A DNA stretch of 46,685 nucleotides, from contig JAPEUD010000116.1 of the NCBI GenBank assembly GCA_026026165.1, positions 1 through 46,685 of the forward strand. The letters are read 5' to 3'. The first letter of the stretch is position 1; each line of letters starts with the position of its first letter. The DNA is from Sarea resinae (lineage: Eukaryota). Positions 22,425-34,393 of this stretch are shown here, one piece after another. The translations under genes and the position numbers were made by a program. The notes below the pieces were generated by a model that was not told the DNA's origin, ran no database searches, and was given only the letters and a program-made list of their open reading frames with translations.

Positions 22425-25106
22425 CATCTTTCACTAGCAACTCGTGTCGAAAATTGTGCCGATCAAGTACCGCGAACGGTAATCTCTAAACCTTCTAAAA
22501 AGCTCCAACAGCTGGGCCTTCTTCCTATCAGATCCACGGGTCGGCGGGAATCTCTGCTCCGTTTGGGCCCAGGGCGACTCGGAGCTAGGCAGAACTACGC
22601 AAGGGACAGCTTTTGCTGAATCCACTTGACTCTCTAGCCTCTACGTTGTCTGCATGTCTGTCTTCTGCCGCGCAGTGTCCTGGCCGTGAGATCCACCTTG
22701 GACCTTTCTTAGCGCCTTCCCCGCATTGTGCTATCGTGTCTTCGACTTCAATTCGACTTCTCTTTTCTTCTCTTCTCTGCCCCGCGTTCACCAAATTTTC
22801 TCCGTACCCGAACACGGCCGGCGCTTCACCCGTCCCAACATCCCAGTCATCCGTCATTCATTGCATCATCCGAAGGTCGGATCCTTGGTAGTCTGGAGGC
22901 TTGAACTTTCAGATGTGACACACTATGATTATCTGCAGCGTCAAGAGGCAGCTTGGAGCACGCTTCCGCCAATGTGGGGCTCCACGAGGGCGGGACTGAG
23001 CAAGTCGCCAACCAGAGCGGATTGAAAAAGACGGCAGTCGCGCTTAGTATGTCAAAGCCATGGCCTCTGCGAACTTGGTAGAAATGATGTTGCCGGCCCA
23101 AGCCTGTGAGACGCTCCGGCCTGAGTACGTTAGTACGTGGAGTCCGACATCCATGGTCTCGACAAGGTCTCTCATGCTGTGGTTTTCAGTCTCAGAGCGA
23201 CATGTATATGGGATGCGGGGCTAGATCTGTCTGCTGGTGCTTTCGCCTTGGAGGACATTCCTGACTGCAGGTGTTTGGTGATCTCTATGCTGAACACGAT
23301 ACAAGGCAGCAAAGCCTGCCTCATTCATGACCGGGTCATGTTCGCTGTTCACTCTTGATCCAGTCTGCCGAACATGAGCACTTCAATTACAGGAGTCAAG
23401 ACCCACAAAGGCAAGAAAAGACACAAAATCGGGCTTGTGTCTGTCGAACTCCAGGGATCGCACCAAGACCACCCCATGTCTGGGAGCACTAAGTGAAATA
23501 TAGATATCAGAACTCCGTCGGCCACTCCAGTGAAGGAACGGGGCTCGTCGAACGTCTAGTCGAAGTCCTTTTCATCGATTGCTACAGGCAGGACTCTGAG
23601 TCTGTACGAGTCTGAAGGACAGCTGATCCATCCGTCCAAGACTTTGTAGGCAAGGAAGAAGCCACAGTCACACGTCGAGGCTATGGAAAGAAGGGCCATC
23701 TTGACCCTATCGAGAGGAGATGGATGTTCCCGGGTAGTGCACTGCACGCCTTTAGGTCGATCAACGGCGCGACTGGGAATGAGGGCACTCGGTGCACTCC
23801 CAAAGTTCTTTACAAGGTCAATCGAATGCTACATAACACTCCTGCTGCTTCCCGGCAGAGCCGGCTATAGCCATGAGGCAATACTACCGGTATCGAGATA
23901 AAATTAAAAGCAGGCTCAACTACCCTTCATGCAGAATCCGAATGGGCAAATGAGACCAGGCCCGAAAGATGTCATTCTTGATCCGGAGACTTCGTGCTTG
24001 GTATCATTCTTGTAGTAAAGGCACCGAGACCGATTCGAGCGTGTGTAGAAGACGAGGGATACCTAGTCATCACTCGTTTAGCGTCCACCGTCAAAGATTC
24101 AGGTTGTCGAGGCTCCAATGGCTCTTCTCAAACGTAGTAGTGAAAGCCTTAGTCAAAAGTCACCTACGCCGTATCCAAGAGCAGATCTATGGATCCATAC
24201 TACGAGGTACCGCATCGAGTGGCTCGGCTCACAGGCTGCAGCTTCAGCCTCCCATCCAAACACCTCTCCAGCCATACTATGTAAATAGAGAGGAGACCCC
24301 CGATGAGGGTTTCCATGCCCCATGGATGTCTGACGAGCATGATTTGTGATTTGTGATTCTTCCGTCCTGTCTATGCTGAAATACTCTGATCACATGATGA
24401 GCGAGTCAGTCGAGTCGGGCCATACTGCGGTACTACTTTCTACCACTTCCCTTTCCATTTTAGCCGAACGTCATCGGATCCATGGCGAATGAATGGTCAC
24501 GCCGTGCTGGAAACACGCCTTACCTTACCGTACCTCGTACCTATCGTAGCTGACTTACCTCATGCTTGACAACAATTCATTCACTCACGACCTTGGAAGT
24601 CACGCTCGCTCGCTCACATCCTCAATTCCTCACGACTTCACTCAGCTCTGTCTGGGCCCTGATCCGCCCAAGGCTATCCAAGGCTATCTGTCCTTCAGCT
24701 ATTGGGGATAAATGCACCTCTGAGCCGTGACTCTTACCTACTCGCCTCCCCCTGCACCCTCCAAGGAGGCAAACCGTCCAAACCGTTATCGGCGCCACCT
24801 CTTTTCCTCATTACCTATCCTTGTGCGACTCTCCCTCGTTGTTGTGGTCCGATGACCAACCTATCGTCTCAGCGCCATCAGTAGACGGCCTGTCGTGCGT
24901 AAAGTCTCCACCAGGAACGCGCTGTGCTTGACTCTCGTTGCGGCGAGATCAAGTACGGAGCTCCCCCTCACTTCGCCACGTCTCCCCCGACGAGAAAACG
25001 AAAGTATACGGATCAAGAAGCACCAGAGCCAAAGCCCAGCAAGAGAGCTGCTACTGCCGCTGCAGGTGTCCCAACTACCCCTCTGACCTCAGTGAGTGCC
25101 ACCAGC

Positions 25107-26893
25107 ATGGACTCCGAGGATGAGTATATGAGTGGCATGTCGAGTGAAGATGGGTTCGGTGGGGATCAAGAGAGCGACGATCTGAGCTTGGGGGAAGGTG
25201 GGTGTCCAACAGCTCAGCAGTGCAAATGCTCATCACGTTGTCACCGACTTGAGACACTGACTGCCCTTGACATGCAGACTTTGACGATGACGAGCCCGAC
25301 CTCGGTTTTGATTCCCAGGACAAGGACATCATCAAACCCACAAGAAAGCCATACGAAGTCCCGTTCAAAGTCTTTGACCCCCGGGATATCAAGTCCCATC
25401 AAGACAAGCAAATCGAAGAACTATCGGCTATCCTTGGACAGCCCCCGGAATCTTCCGCCATCCTTCTACGACATGCACGATGGAACAAAGAGCGCTTGAT
25501 CGAGTCGTACATGGACGAACCAGAAGAGGTCCTCGAAAATGTAGGTCTCGGTTCGAGCTCATCGTCTGTTCCGAAGACTCAGGCGGTGGACGGATTCATG
25601 TGTGATATCTGCTGCGAAGACGAACCAGGTCTGCAGACATACGCAATGAAATGTGGCCACCGATTCTGTGTGAACTGCTACAAACAATACTTGGCTCAGA
25701 AGATCAAAGACGAAGGCGAGGCGGCAAGGATACAATGTCCGAGTGATGGATGTAAACGAATCGTTGATTCCAAGACTTTAGATCTATTATTGGCGCTAGA
25801 CCTAAGGGACAGGTGAGCTCCGCGTGAAGCTGTGCTTCTGTGTGTCGCTAACGTTGATCTATAGGTATCAAGAGCTTCTGACTCGGACGTACGTCGACGA
25901 TAAGGAAAATCTCAAGTGGTGTCCGGCCCCAAATTGCGTATATGCAATCGAGTGTGGCGTCAAGAAACGCGAGCTAGGCTCGGTAGTTCCGACCGTACAC
26001 TGTTCATGTGGCCACCAATTCTGCTTCGGCTGTACTCTCAATGATCACCAACCAGCTCCCTGCTCTCTGGTTAAAAAGTGGTTGAAGAAATGTGAAGATG
26101 ATTCGGAGACGGCGAATTGGATCTCGGCAAATACGAAAGAATGTCCGAGGTGTAGCTCCACGATCGAGAAGAATGGCGGATGCAATCATATGACCTGGTA
26201 TGTTGAACCTCGTCATCTGCGAGAAGACTGATCGATTACTAATGCCTAACCAGTCGAAAATGTAAACATGAGTTCTGCTGGATGTGCATGGGGGTCTGGT
26301 CCGAGCACGGCACCAGCTGGTACAATTGCAACAGATACGAAGAGAAGTCTGGCTCCCAAGCCCGCGACGCTCAAGCGCGATCCCGCCAATCTCTTGAGCG
26401 CTACCTCCATTACTACAATCGCTACGCCAACCACGAACAATCGGCCAAACTCGACAAAGATATATTTCTCAAAACGGAGAAGAAGATGACGAACCTCCAA
26501 TCGGCGTCTGGCATGTCCTGGATCGAAGTGCAATTTCTCGATGCGGCCTCCCAGGTGCTACAGCAATGCCGACAAACGCTCAAGTGGACGTATGCTTTCG
26601 CGTACTACCTCGCGCGCAACAATCAAACGGAGATTTTCGAGGACAATCAAAAGGATCTAGAGATGGCGGTCGAGAATCTGAGTGAGATGTTCGAGAAGCC
26701 CACTTCCGAGCTCGCGGCATTGAAGGTCGATATGATGGATAAGACGTCGTACTGCAATAAAAGGCGTATCATCTTGCTCAGCGATACGGCGGAGAATCTG
26801 AAGAATGGTGAGTGGTGTTTGGTCTAGCGATAGTCTCTGCTAATGATCCGCGTGATAGGTCAATGGGATTTCAACGTCGAGGTGACAGCATAG
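25107..26893 (+). CDS. ARI1: RBR (RING-IBR-RING) E3 ubiquitin ligase, Ariadne/HEL1/Dbl4 type, 5 exons (25107-25197, 25278-25812, 25865-26197, 26254-26807, 26859-26893)
   Basis: Acidic N-terminus MDSEDEYMS, RING1 CDICC..CGHRFC, IBR KWCPAPNC..CGHQFCFGC, RING2 [30 protein letters not shown], Ariadne domain LERYLHYYNRY. Confidence 0.95.
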
Positions 26894-27648
26894 AGCAGCA
26901 TCTGGCGTCTTTCATCTTCTACTCGAGGTATTTCTAGTCAGAAGTGCGCGAATATTCCCATGAACCTTTTCATTGGAGGAAAGAGGATATGGAGGGGCGT
27001 TGGTGTGGTTTACGTATAGATGGGCAAGCAAACAGAGACAGACAAACAAACAGCCAGTCGAGACACGGCAGACATCATCTGCATTTATGGACCCTTTCAA
27101 TCACGAGACACATCCTCTTCATTCTCGTCCTCTTTCTACCTTTCTCTCGCCGCCTCTTTACTTTTCTCATCATACAGCGATAACACAACACATCACAACA
27201 TAGGCGTCCGTTGCGGGGACCGGGGTGGGGGGCGACAGGAAAGTCTCAGTGAGGCATTGGGCCGGAGCTTGGTCTTTTCTCCTTTTCCTTCTTTCCTCAT
27301 CGGTGTTCTCGAACCTTGCACTTTTTTTCTTGTTCGTGCTCTGCCTTTTCCTTTGCCGAGTTTGCAGGAGCGTGATGTGATTAATTTGGGCGAGGCGTTT
27401 CTAGTCGATTGTTTCTTCTCTTTTTTGTTCCTTTTTCTTTCTTCGACATATCATTTTTATGTTGAACGGGCAGGCAAGCAAGCAGGCAGATAGCTAGGTA
27501 GGTAGGTAGATAGGTAGGTAGCCAGCGGATCCTATTCTAGATCGGAATTTCTCTAACTAGTAGAAAGTCAATGCCTAGATTACTCTTCTTCATGTCTCGT
27601 GCCTTGCCTTGCTGATTACCTTACAGTGGCTTTACGAGACTTGACTAT

Positions 27649-27744
27649 ATATCATACAGCATACAGCGTACAGCAGCATAGTGCAGACCGACAGATAGGG
27701 TGCGTTACGTGCAATTTGCGAGTCTTTCTTTCTTTCTCTAGCCC
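27649..27744 (+). repeat. Diverged ~100 bp direct repeat, copy A
   Basis: Shares ATATCATACAGCATA, AGCATAGT, AGGGTnCGTTACGTGCAA, TGCGrGTCT and a CT tract, in order, with 31715-31809. Confidence 0.85.
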
Positions 27745-27970
27745 TTTATCATATAGATAGAAAATCTGTTTATTATTGGGCGAAGGTTAAGTCTTTCTAC
27801 CTACCTAAGGCGCAGCATGTCGTTAGCAGGAACGAAATATTTGTTCGTGACCACCGCGCAAGGGTCTTTCCCAGGTTGACTTTCACATATACTAAGACGA
27901 GTCGCTGCAGTACCCGCTTCTACGCTAGTCGAACCCAAGCGGACCAAGGGGACTTTAGGTGATGCATTCA

Positions 27971-28045
27971 ACCATCAACCCGCCCACCATCAACCGCAGC
28001 ACCGTCAACCGCTAGCACGATCAACCCGCAGAACCATCAACCTGC
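27971..28045 (+). repeat. Imperfect tandem repeat, ~5 copies of ACCATCAACC(C)GC-like unit
   Basis: accatcaacccgccc accatcaaccgcagc accgtcaaccgctagc acgatcaacccgcaga accatcaacctgc. Confidence 0.75.
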
Positions 28046-28194
28046 CGAGACGTCCGACCCGTTGCACAACCATGTCAAATGCGGATATTTTCCCATACAT
28101 CCTTGGCCCAAGCCTCTTCCAAGGTGACAATTTCTTGTCAATCTCACGAATTGATGTAATGTACAGATGTCTCTCTATTCGAGTCATCTGTACT

Positions 28195-28560
28195 AACATA
28201 AGTCTGTAGATTGCTACAGGAGAGAGGATAAACAAGAGCGTTGAGTAAGGAGAGCTTAATATAAAAGTAAGTTTTTTTTAGAGAAGTATGTTTGAAAATA
28301 TATAAGGAGTAAATACCTATAACAAGGTTTGTAAATCTAGTCTATATAGGTAGGGAGATATTATAGGTTTGTTAGATAGGTCTAAATTCATTGTAGCTCT
28401 TTATAACTCTTACAAGATTCTGAGAGCTATAGTATAGTAAGTATCTTTCTTCAATAGGAATAGTAGCAAGCTATCTAGATAATAGATGTACTCACCTAAT
28501 AAAGAGTGTACAGAGAATCTCTAGCTAAACAAGTAGTAGAATGCAGACAGCTTATTAACA
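28195..28560. other. AT/TpA-rich patch resembling RIP-mutated DNA
   Basis: Abrupt GC drop with dense TA, TAG and TAA; all frames interrupted by stops. Confidence 0.6.
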
Positions 28561-30606
28561 GAATCTGCTATGCTCTTATTGCTTAGCAGCAAGACTTCTG
28601 GTTTCGACTGCACAGACTCAGAAGGAACATTCAAGTCGGTAGTCAAAAGTTTCGACAGAGAATCCAACGTCATCTGCCGATAAGAGAAGGCCTGCCAGGA
28701 GCGCTTAAACGCCCGGCTTAGTTGCGCTGGAAACGTTGCCAAGATCCTCCGGGATTTTTGTTCGTGTCACGACGTCCATAGGTCTCGTCTCGTTTGTCGT
28801 CTCAAAATATGATCGTCGGTTGGCTTCGAGTCCTAGCTTCTATATCAAGAGCTGGTGATTGTGAAAGGGACAAGCCATGATGCAAGAGAGTGTTGCGTTA
28901 CTTGTGAGCAAGCTGATCACCCTTTGTGCTTCTGCTCTGATGAGAGTTGGTTCAGATGATGCTGTTTTCTATGGCTCATTCGCAGAAAACAAAAGGAACT
29001 GGACGGTCTCGACCCTTGTCCCATATGCTACCCGTGGACGGCAGCGGCCAATGAGGTCAATTCCATCGTCAGGTCTTCGTACTTGAACCCCTAAACGACA
29101 AGGTCCAAAACAGGGTAAGGTAACGCCGAAAGAAAGTAAATATTTCTTTAGCGGGAATTGACCCGTCCGGCGTCATCCCGCAAGCCACCAACTCGGACTG
29201 TGATATTGGCTGCAGCATGTACTTCTGTTGGCGGTGTCTAATCGTCTGTGGTATCAATAGGCTCGGGAGCGCCGAGCGGTAATGAGAGCCAATACGATCA
29301 TGCTATTACGAGTAGAACCCCACCGCACAGAGTACGATGATACACAACATCTCTATCTCCAGAATAGCAACGGGGGCCTCAAAGAGAATAGACTGCACGA
29401 TGGCTCCGATCAGCCCCGAGTGGGAAAACATTATCGGCCCGCTGGGCTTGCGGCGGCAAATTTTGATACGGACACGGCTCAATGTATAGTTTGTATCGTC
29501 TGGTCCTACTCGGTAGCTAACCACATTCTGCAGAACCTGATTAGCGATATAATCAATCGAAAAACCAAAGGAGGAGAACTAGACTTCAGAAAGATAGTCC
29601 GCGACTACCCGCCGCACGTGTTTGAAAACTTGGTCACAGAGGTCAGAGATCAATTCCTGCTCGATCAGGGAGTAGTTGGTATCCGTCACATGTCAGAAGA
29701 GGTGGCTTGGGACGAAGTCTTTGTTGTGGTAAGGACGCAGTACTATTCTTTGAGAGCAAAGACTACCAGTCAGTCAGTCTCTCCCTTGGTGAAGCGCACA
29801 CGTTGATACTGTTTACAGATACCAATCCCGGGCCGAACGCCTCTTTTGGTACAGTCGATACGACAATAAGCCAGCCAGCCTCACAACTATGGGATCCAAT
29901 AAGAGAAGAATGGAGACGTACTTGACGTTCAGTGTATTGCCAAGAGTAAGAAGACTTGCGTGCCAGTGGGAGGAAAACGAGGGCGCCAGAGGGAGAGAAA
30001 GGGGTGAGAGGGGAGAATGTGATGGGATAGAGGAGGGGGGCTAGGGGGCGCCCAGGGGAAAGAGGCGGGTAGGCTGAAATGCTACAGCCGGTGATCGTGT
30101 GGCAGAGATGATATCCACTATCAATCGTGTTTCTCAAAAGGAAATGCCATTCCTAAGTATATCTGTCGATGATTGACGAGGCTGCGGATTCCAGACTCCG
30201 TTATCACTGTCTTCAAGACAGGCTTCCTGGCCGGCTTCCATACGCTGCACTCAAGACTCAGCGCATCAAACTACTGCAGTGCGGAGAGACAATATTACAA
30301 AAGCTAGCCTAGATAGCCTATTCAAGGAGATCCGGATAGAACTCTCTATGTTTATTGTTACAACTGTAATCTTTCGCGCGACAAAAGCAACGACATAACA
30401 AATCAGGCAGTTGTCAAAACGAGAATGCAGAGGCTGCAGCAACACTAGTGTCTAGCTAAGATAAGGTGATCGCAATTATTATATGTTTCCCCATTAAGGT
30501 CTCACGCCTTGTAGAACAGCGTGTTTACAGGGCAAGGGGTAAGCCTTACATCGACCCACGTTCTATGTAGTTAGACAGAGTTTCGCTAAATATTTATCAT
30601 CTTTCT

Positions 30607-30607
<1 letters not shown>

Positions 30608-30638
<31 letters not shown>
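30608..30638 (+). repeat. Poly-C tract (31 nt)
   Basis: Homopolymer read directly. Confidence 0.95.
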
Positions 30639-30639
<1 letters not shown>

Positions 30640-31239
30640 CGATATCTAGAGTAGACAGCAAGTGGATCTAAACCGTCTCCGTCAAATCCCTGCTTAGCCG
30701 ATTGATCGGCCACTCACTCTAGGTAGACGCCTTCCCACTGATTAGCCAACCTGTATAGTCCTGTCTTGGTCCCACGTCACTTGTGTCTTAACTTCATAAT
30801 ATTATTATGCCTATTTAGCACGAGAAACACAGTGCCAAGTCAAAAATCGTACAAGATAGTGCCTTGATCACTTCCAATTCATCGAAAGTCTATCCAAGTT
30901 GAGCGCCTGCCAAACTCTATCAAAATTCGGCCGAAGATTCCTGCTCTAGTCACCTGAGCCGCCGAACAGATAGAAGCATCCGCGACAGTTCTTTCGAAGA
31001 ATCCTAGACCCACTAGGGACTATACTCTAGAGTAGAGGCGGAGTGCGTAAGTCACTCCGCATGGGATCTACTATGACACACTTAGGTAGGTAGGGCTCGG
31101 TGTGGCACGCCCGGCGCGCAAGTCTTCGGTGTATCGTCGAACGTCTCAGGTAAGTTTCGGACAAAAATCGTCAGACGTCTCAGTGAAAAGGTGCATTTCT
31201 TACGTGCTGTTGTTGTTGAACCATGTCACCACTCAACAT

Positions 31240-31630
31240 ACCTACCCAGTCAGTACCTATCTAAGTCTGCACTATATTACTTTGACTTTCTAGATTAACA
31301 CAACCTCCTAGCCACTAACTACATACTAATAGCAGATTCGCTATATATATCATATTAATTTAGATATAGAATTAACACTCTAACTGTAGATCTCTTGAAC
31401 TACTATGTAACTTTACACACAGTATATCAAAGTGTGTCTCTACTCTATATTAAGCTATAACTCTTATTTCTGTTAGACTTTAACTGCTCTTCTAATAGTG
31501 CCTACAGTTTAATATGATACTGATTTAACTATATGCAAGGCAATGTATTCTCTATCACTTCCTCTCTCTATCTATAAAATTGCAGTCGAGGTTGAGATAG
31601 AACTAATTACTATCCTAAGACTCTCGAGTG
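31240..31630. other. AT/TpA-rich patch resembling RIP-mutated DNA
   Basis: Dense TA/CTA/TAG, very few CpG, no ORF. Confidence 0.6.
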
Positions 31631-31714
31631 CTGAATCAGGACCACCTTAAGTTGAGATATACTTGTAATGTTAACACGAGTTTCAGCTTTTATCGTCGGC
31701 CTGTAAGGAGGTAC

Positions 31715-31809
31715 ATATCATACAGCATATAGCATAGTACACAGACAGACAAACAGGGTTCGTTACGTGCAAGGTGCGGGTCTCTTTTTCTCTTTCGTCT
31801 CTAAAGCCT
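31715..31809 (+). repeat. Diverged ~100 bp direct repeat, copy B (just downstream of the GCD6 stop codon)
   Basis: Colinear match to 27649-27744. Confidence 0.85.
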
Positions 31810-31855
31810 ATGTCTTTTACAACAAGCCCCCCTTCCCCCTTCTCTGCTTGCTCGT

Positions 31856-34393
31856 TCACTCGCTCTCTTCCTCGCTGCCACTCCCACTTCCGCCCTCAGC
31901 CTCATCTTCATCATCCTCCTCTTCGTCATCGTCGTCGCTCCCCCCACTACTACTGCTCTCACTCTCCTCGGCCTCCTCCAACCACCTGACAAACTGTTCA
32001 CTGAGCGCCCTGACCCGTCTAAGGTCCTCGGACTCACGACTGCGGTCGTCGGCCCACCACTGGGCAAAGGCCTCCTCGTCCAGGACGTCGAGGTCGTACA
32101 GGGTCTTGCAGACGAAGAGCAGGACGGCGTCGCCGCGCGGGCGGTGCACGAGGTCCGTCTGGGCGGCCAGCAGGAAGTCGACCTGGTCGGGCTTTTCGGT
32201 CGTCGTGGGGTCCTTTTTGTCGAAGATGGTGCGCTCGATGAGTTCTTTGTAGGTGCCGAAGACGAGGGCGACGGCGTCGCTGGCGCCGAGGGGGGTGGGT
32301 GGTGGTGGAGCTGCTGCCGAGGAGTTGGATGAGGTGGGGTTTCTTGGTGTTGGCGTCTCCATGACCTGCTGCACGCGCTTCATAAAAGCCGCCACGACCG
32401 CGCGCCGCACCTGGTGGTCCGACGCGTTGGCGCTCATGCGCAGCCCGATCAGCTCGAGCTGCACCACATCCGAGGCGTCGCCACGCTGCAGCGAGTCGAA
32501 CATGGACGACGCCGCGTCGTGGTGGAAGTCGTCGGGCGCGCCCGAGTCGTCCGAGAGCGTCGTCGCGAAGCTGGACGCTTCCGAGCGCGCGTGGTGCGGT
32601 GCGTGCTGGGCTTCGTCCGACGCGTTTTGGGAGCTGAGCGTGGAGATGGATGAGTCGGACACGGCGAGGTTGGCCATGTTGTAGACTGTCGGTGCAAAAC
32701 GGATGGATTGTCAGCAAGGGATACCACATCCTCTGGTAGCTTTAGGGGGATGAGGAGGAGGATCAGGATAGGGGGCGTCTTCTTACTGAGGCCAGACGAT
32801 CGGTTTTCCTCATCTTGTTCCGAGTCCTCCGAGTCGGTGTAGTCATGGCCTTCGCCACTTTCCCCAACGATGCTGGGATCGCTCGCCGAGGGCTCGAACT
32901 GTCTATCTTCGTTGCCTCGCTTTCTCTTCCCTCGCGTCAAACGGCGAGTTCCAGAGACAGTCAATCGGTCAGCTAAGCGCACTGCATAGGATACCAGAGC
33001 TCCCGGTTCCAGGACGCAATTCTTTCCCACGATAGCGTCGTTGGCCACGATGGCTTGTCGCACTTCCGATCCATCGCCCACCACGGCATCGTCCCAGATG
33101 TATGACCCGTCAATCTTGACGTTCTTGCCGATCTGGCATCGCCGTCCGATGATGCTATTGGAGACCACGCTTCCATCTCCGATGCTGGTGTTGTGGCCGA
33201 TGACCGTTCGGCGCCTGACCACACAGGACCGCGCGAGCGCAACACCCTCTTCCTTGTAGATGTTCCCCCGTTGCAGTTCATACGATTGTCCTCGCAGGAG
33301 ATTGCTGTCAGGACATAACGGGTATGCCCATCGCGACACGATGTCTTTGCTTATCGCATCATACGCCTGTAAATTCCGCACTCTTGCTGCATAGTGGTCG
33401 CTAACGACGTGCGTGTGAATCGTCTTGCCGTTGAGCTCGTAATCCTTCAGAACCCCATAAAGGAAATGCTTCCGTGGCGACTCGTAGTCGAAGCTATCCG
33501 TCCATAGAGCCAAGACGTCAGGAGTACAGATATCGATCCGACAGTCGATCAGGTCTCGTCTGATTTCGATTTCGGCGTGGCTGGACAGGAGTTCAGGGTC
33601 AATGTTGACGACATGCTCGCTCTGCCCGGGGTGCATCTCTTCATAATGCAGGCACCGTTCCTTGGCGGGGTCGATGATGAATACTGGTTCTGCGCCTTGA
33701 GCCTTTGTTCGATGCGCCGCGCCGGCTTCTCGTAGGATCATCGTCATGATGGCGTTCTTGTCTGCCGCGCGACGGGCTCGATGTTTCGCCAGCGCAGCTT
33801 CGAGGGGTAGGTTGCTCACAACATCGCCACTGACGACGAGGAAATCGCCGGTGATGAGGTCACGGTTGTCGAGGTCGCGCATGGCATCTCCAACGGACCG
33901 GGAGGTGGACCGAATGATTTCTAGCTTGGTGAAAGGGGAAGAGGGAAGAGACCATTTCGAATTTCTGTCGGGGGTCAGTGGCAGCACTTTGAATTAGCTG
34001 TCAAGAGGGCGACGCCTACCGGATGTAATCTTCCACCTGTTCAGTATGCGCTCCACAGTAAACAAAAATATCCTCGACGCCCGCATTTGCCAGAAACTCG
34101 AAGGTATACTCTATCATGGGAGTATTGGCGAGCGGAAGAAGACACTGATCCAACATAAGCAAATGTCAAGTAAACCCTTGGGGCTGCGCATACTCTTGGC
34201 CGCTCAAGCGTAAACGGGTTGAATCTCGTCTCGAAAGTGTCCGTGAGAACCTAGTTGTATGTGTGCGTGAGTATGACTCTACTGCCGATGGTGTGCGATT
34301 GCTCCATACCACCGCTTGGAGAGAATCCTCTCGATCGTCTTCGCGCTCTTTGGGGCCACCTGCTGGCCCTCCTTTTTGAGACTTCGGGGCCAT
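31856..34393 (-). CDS. GCD6: Translation initiation factor eIF2B epsilon subunit, 5 exons (34310-34393, 34194-34250, 34020-34144, 32787-33964, 31856-32685)
   Basis: LQAVVLTDTFETRFNPFTLERPRCLLPLAN, SVGDAMRDLD, hexapeptide left-handed beta-helix repeats, C-terminal W2 domain LYDLDVLDEEAFAQWW..FVRWLEEAEES. Confidence 0.96.

Noticed and set aside
22585..24349. Short ORFs between the sugar porter promoter and ARI1 (e.g. WDVGTGE, WD40-like)
   Set aside because: Single short motif, no consistent frame or splice pattern
24340..24480. Possible C/D box snoRNA (ATGATGA at 24395)
   Set aside because: No suitably placed downstream CTGA box or terminal stem found
31038..31060. 8-bp hairpin GCGGAGTG/CACTCCGC as a Helitron 3' end
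   Set aside because: No correctly placed CTRR-T terminus on either strand and no Rep/helicase remnant
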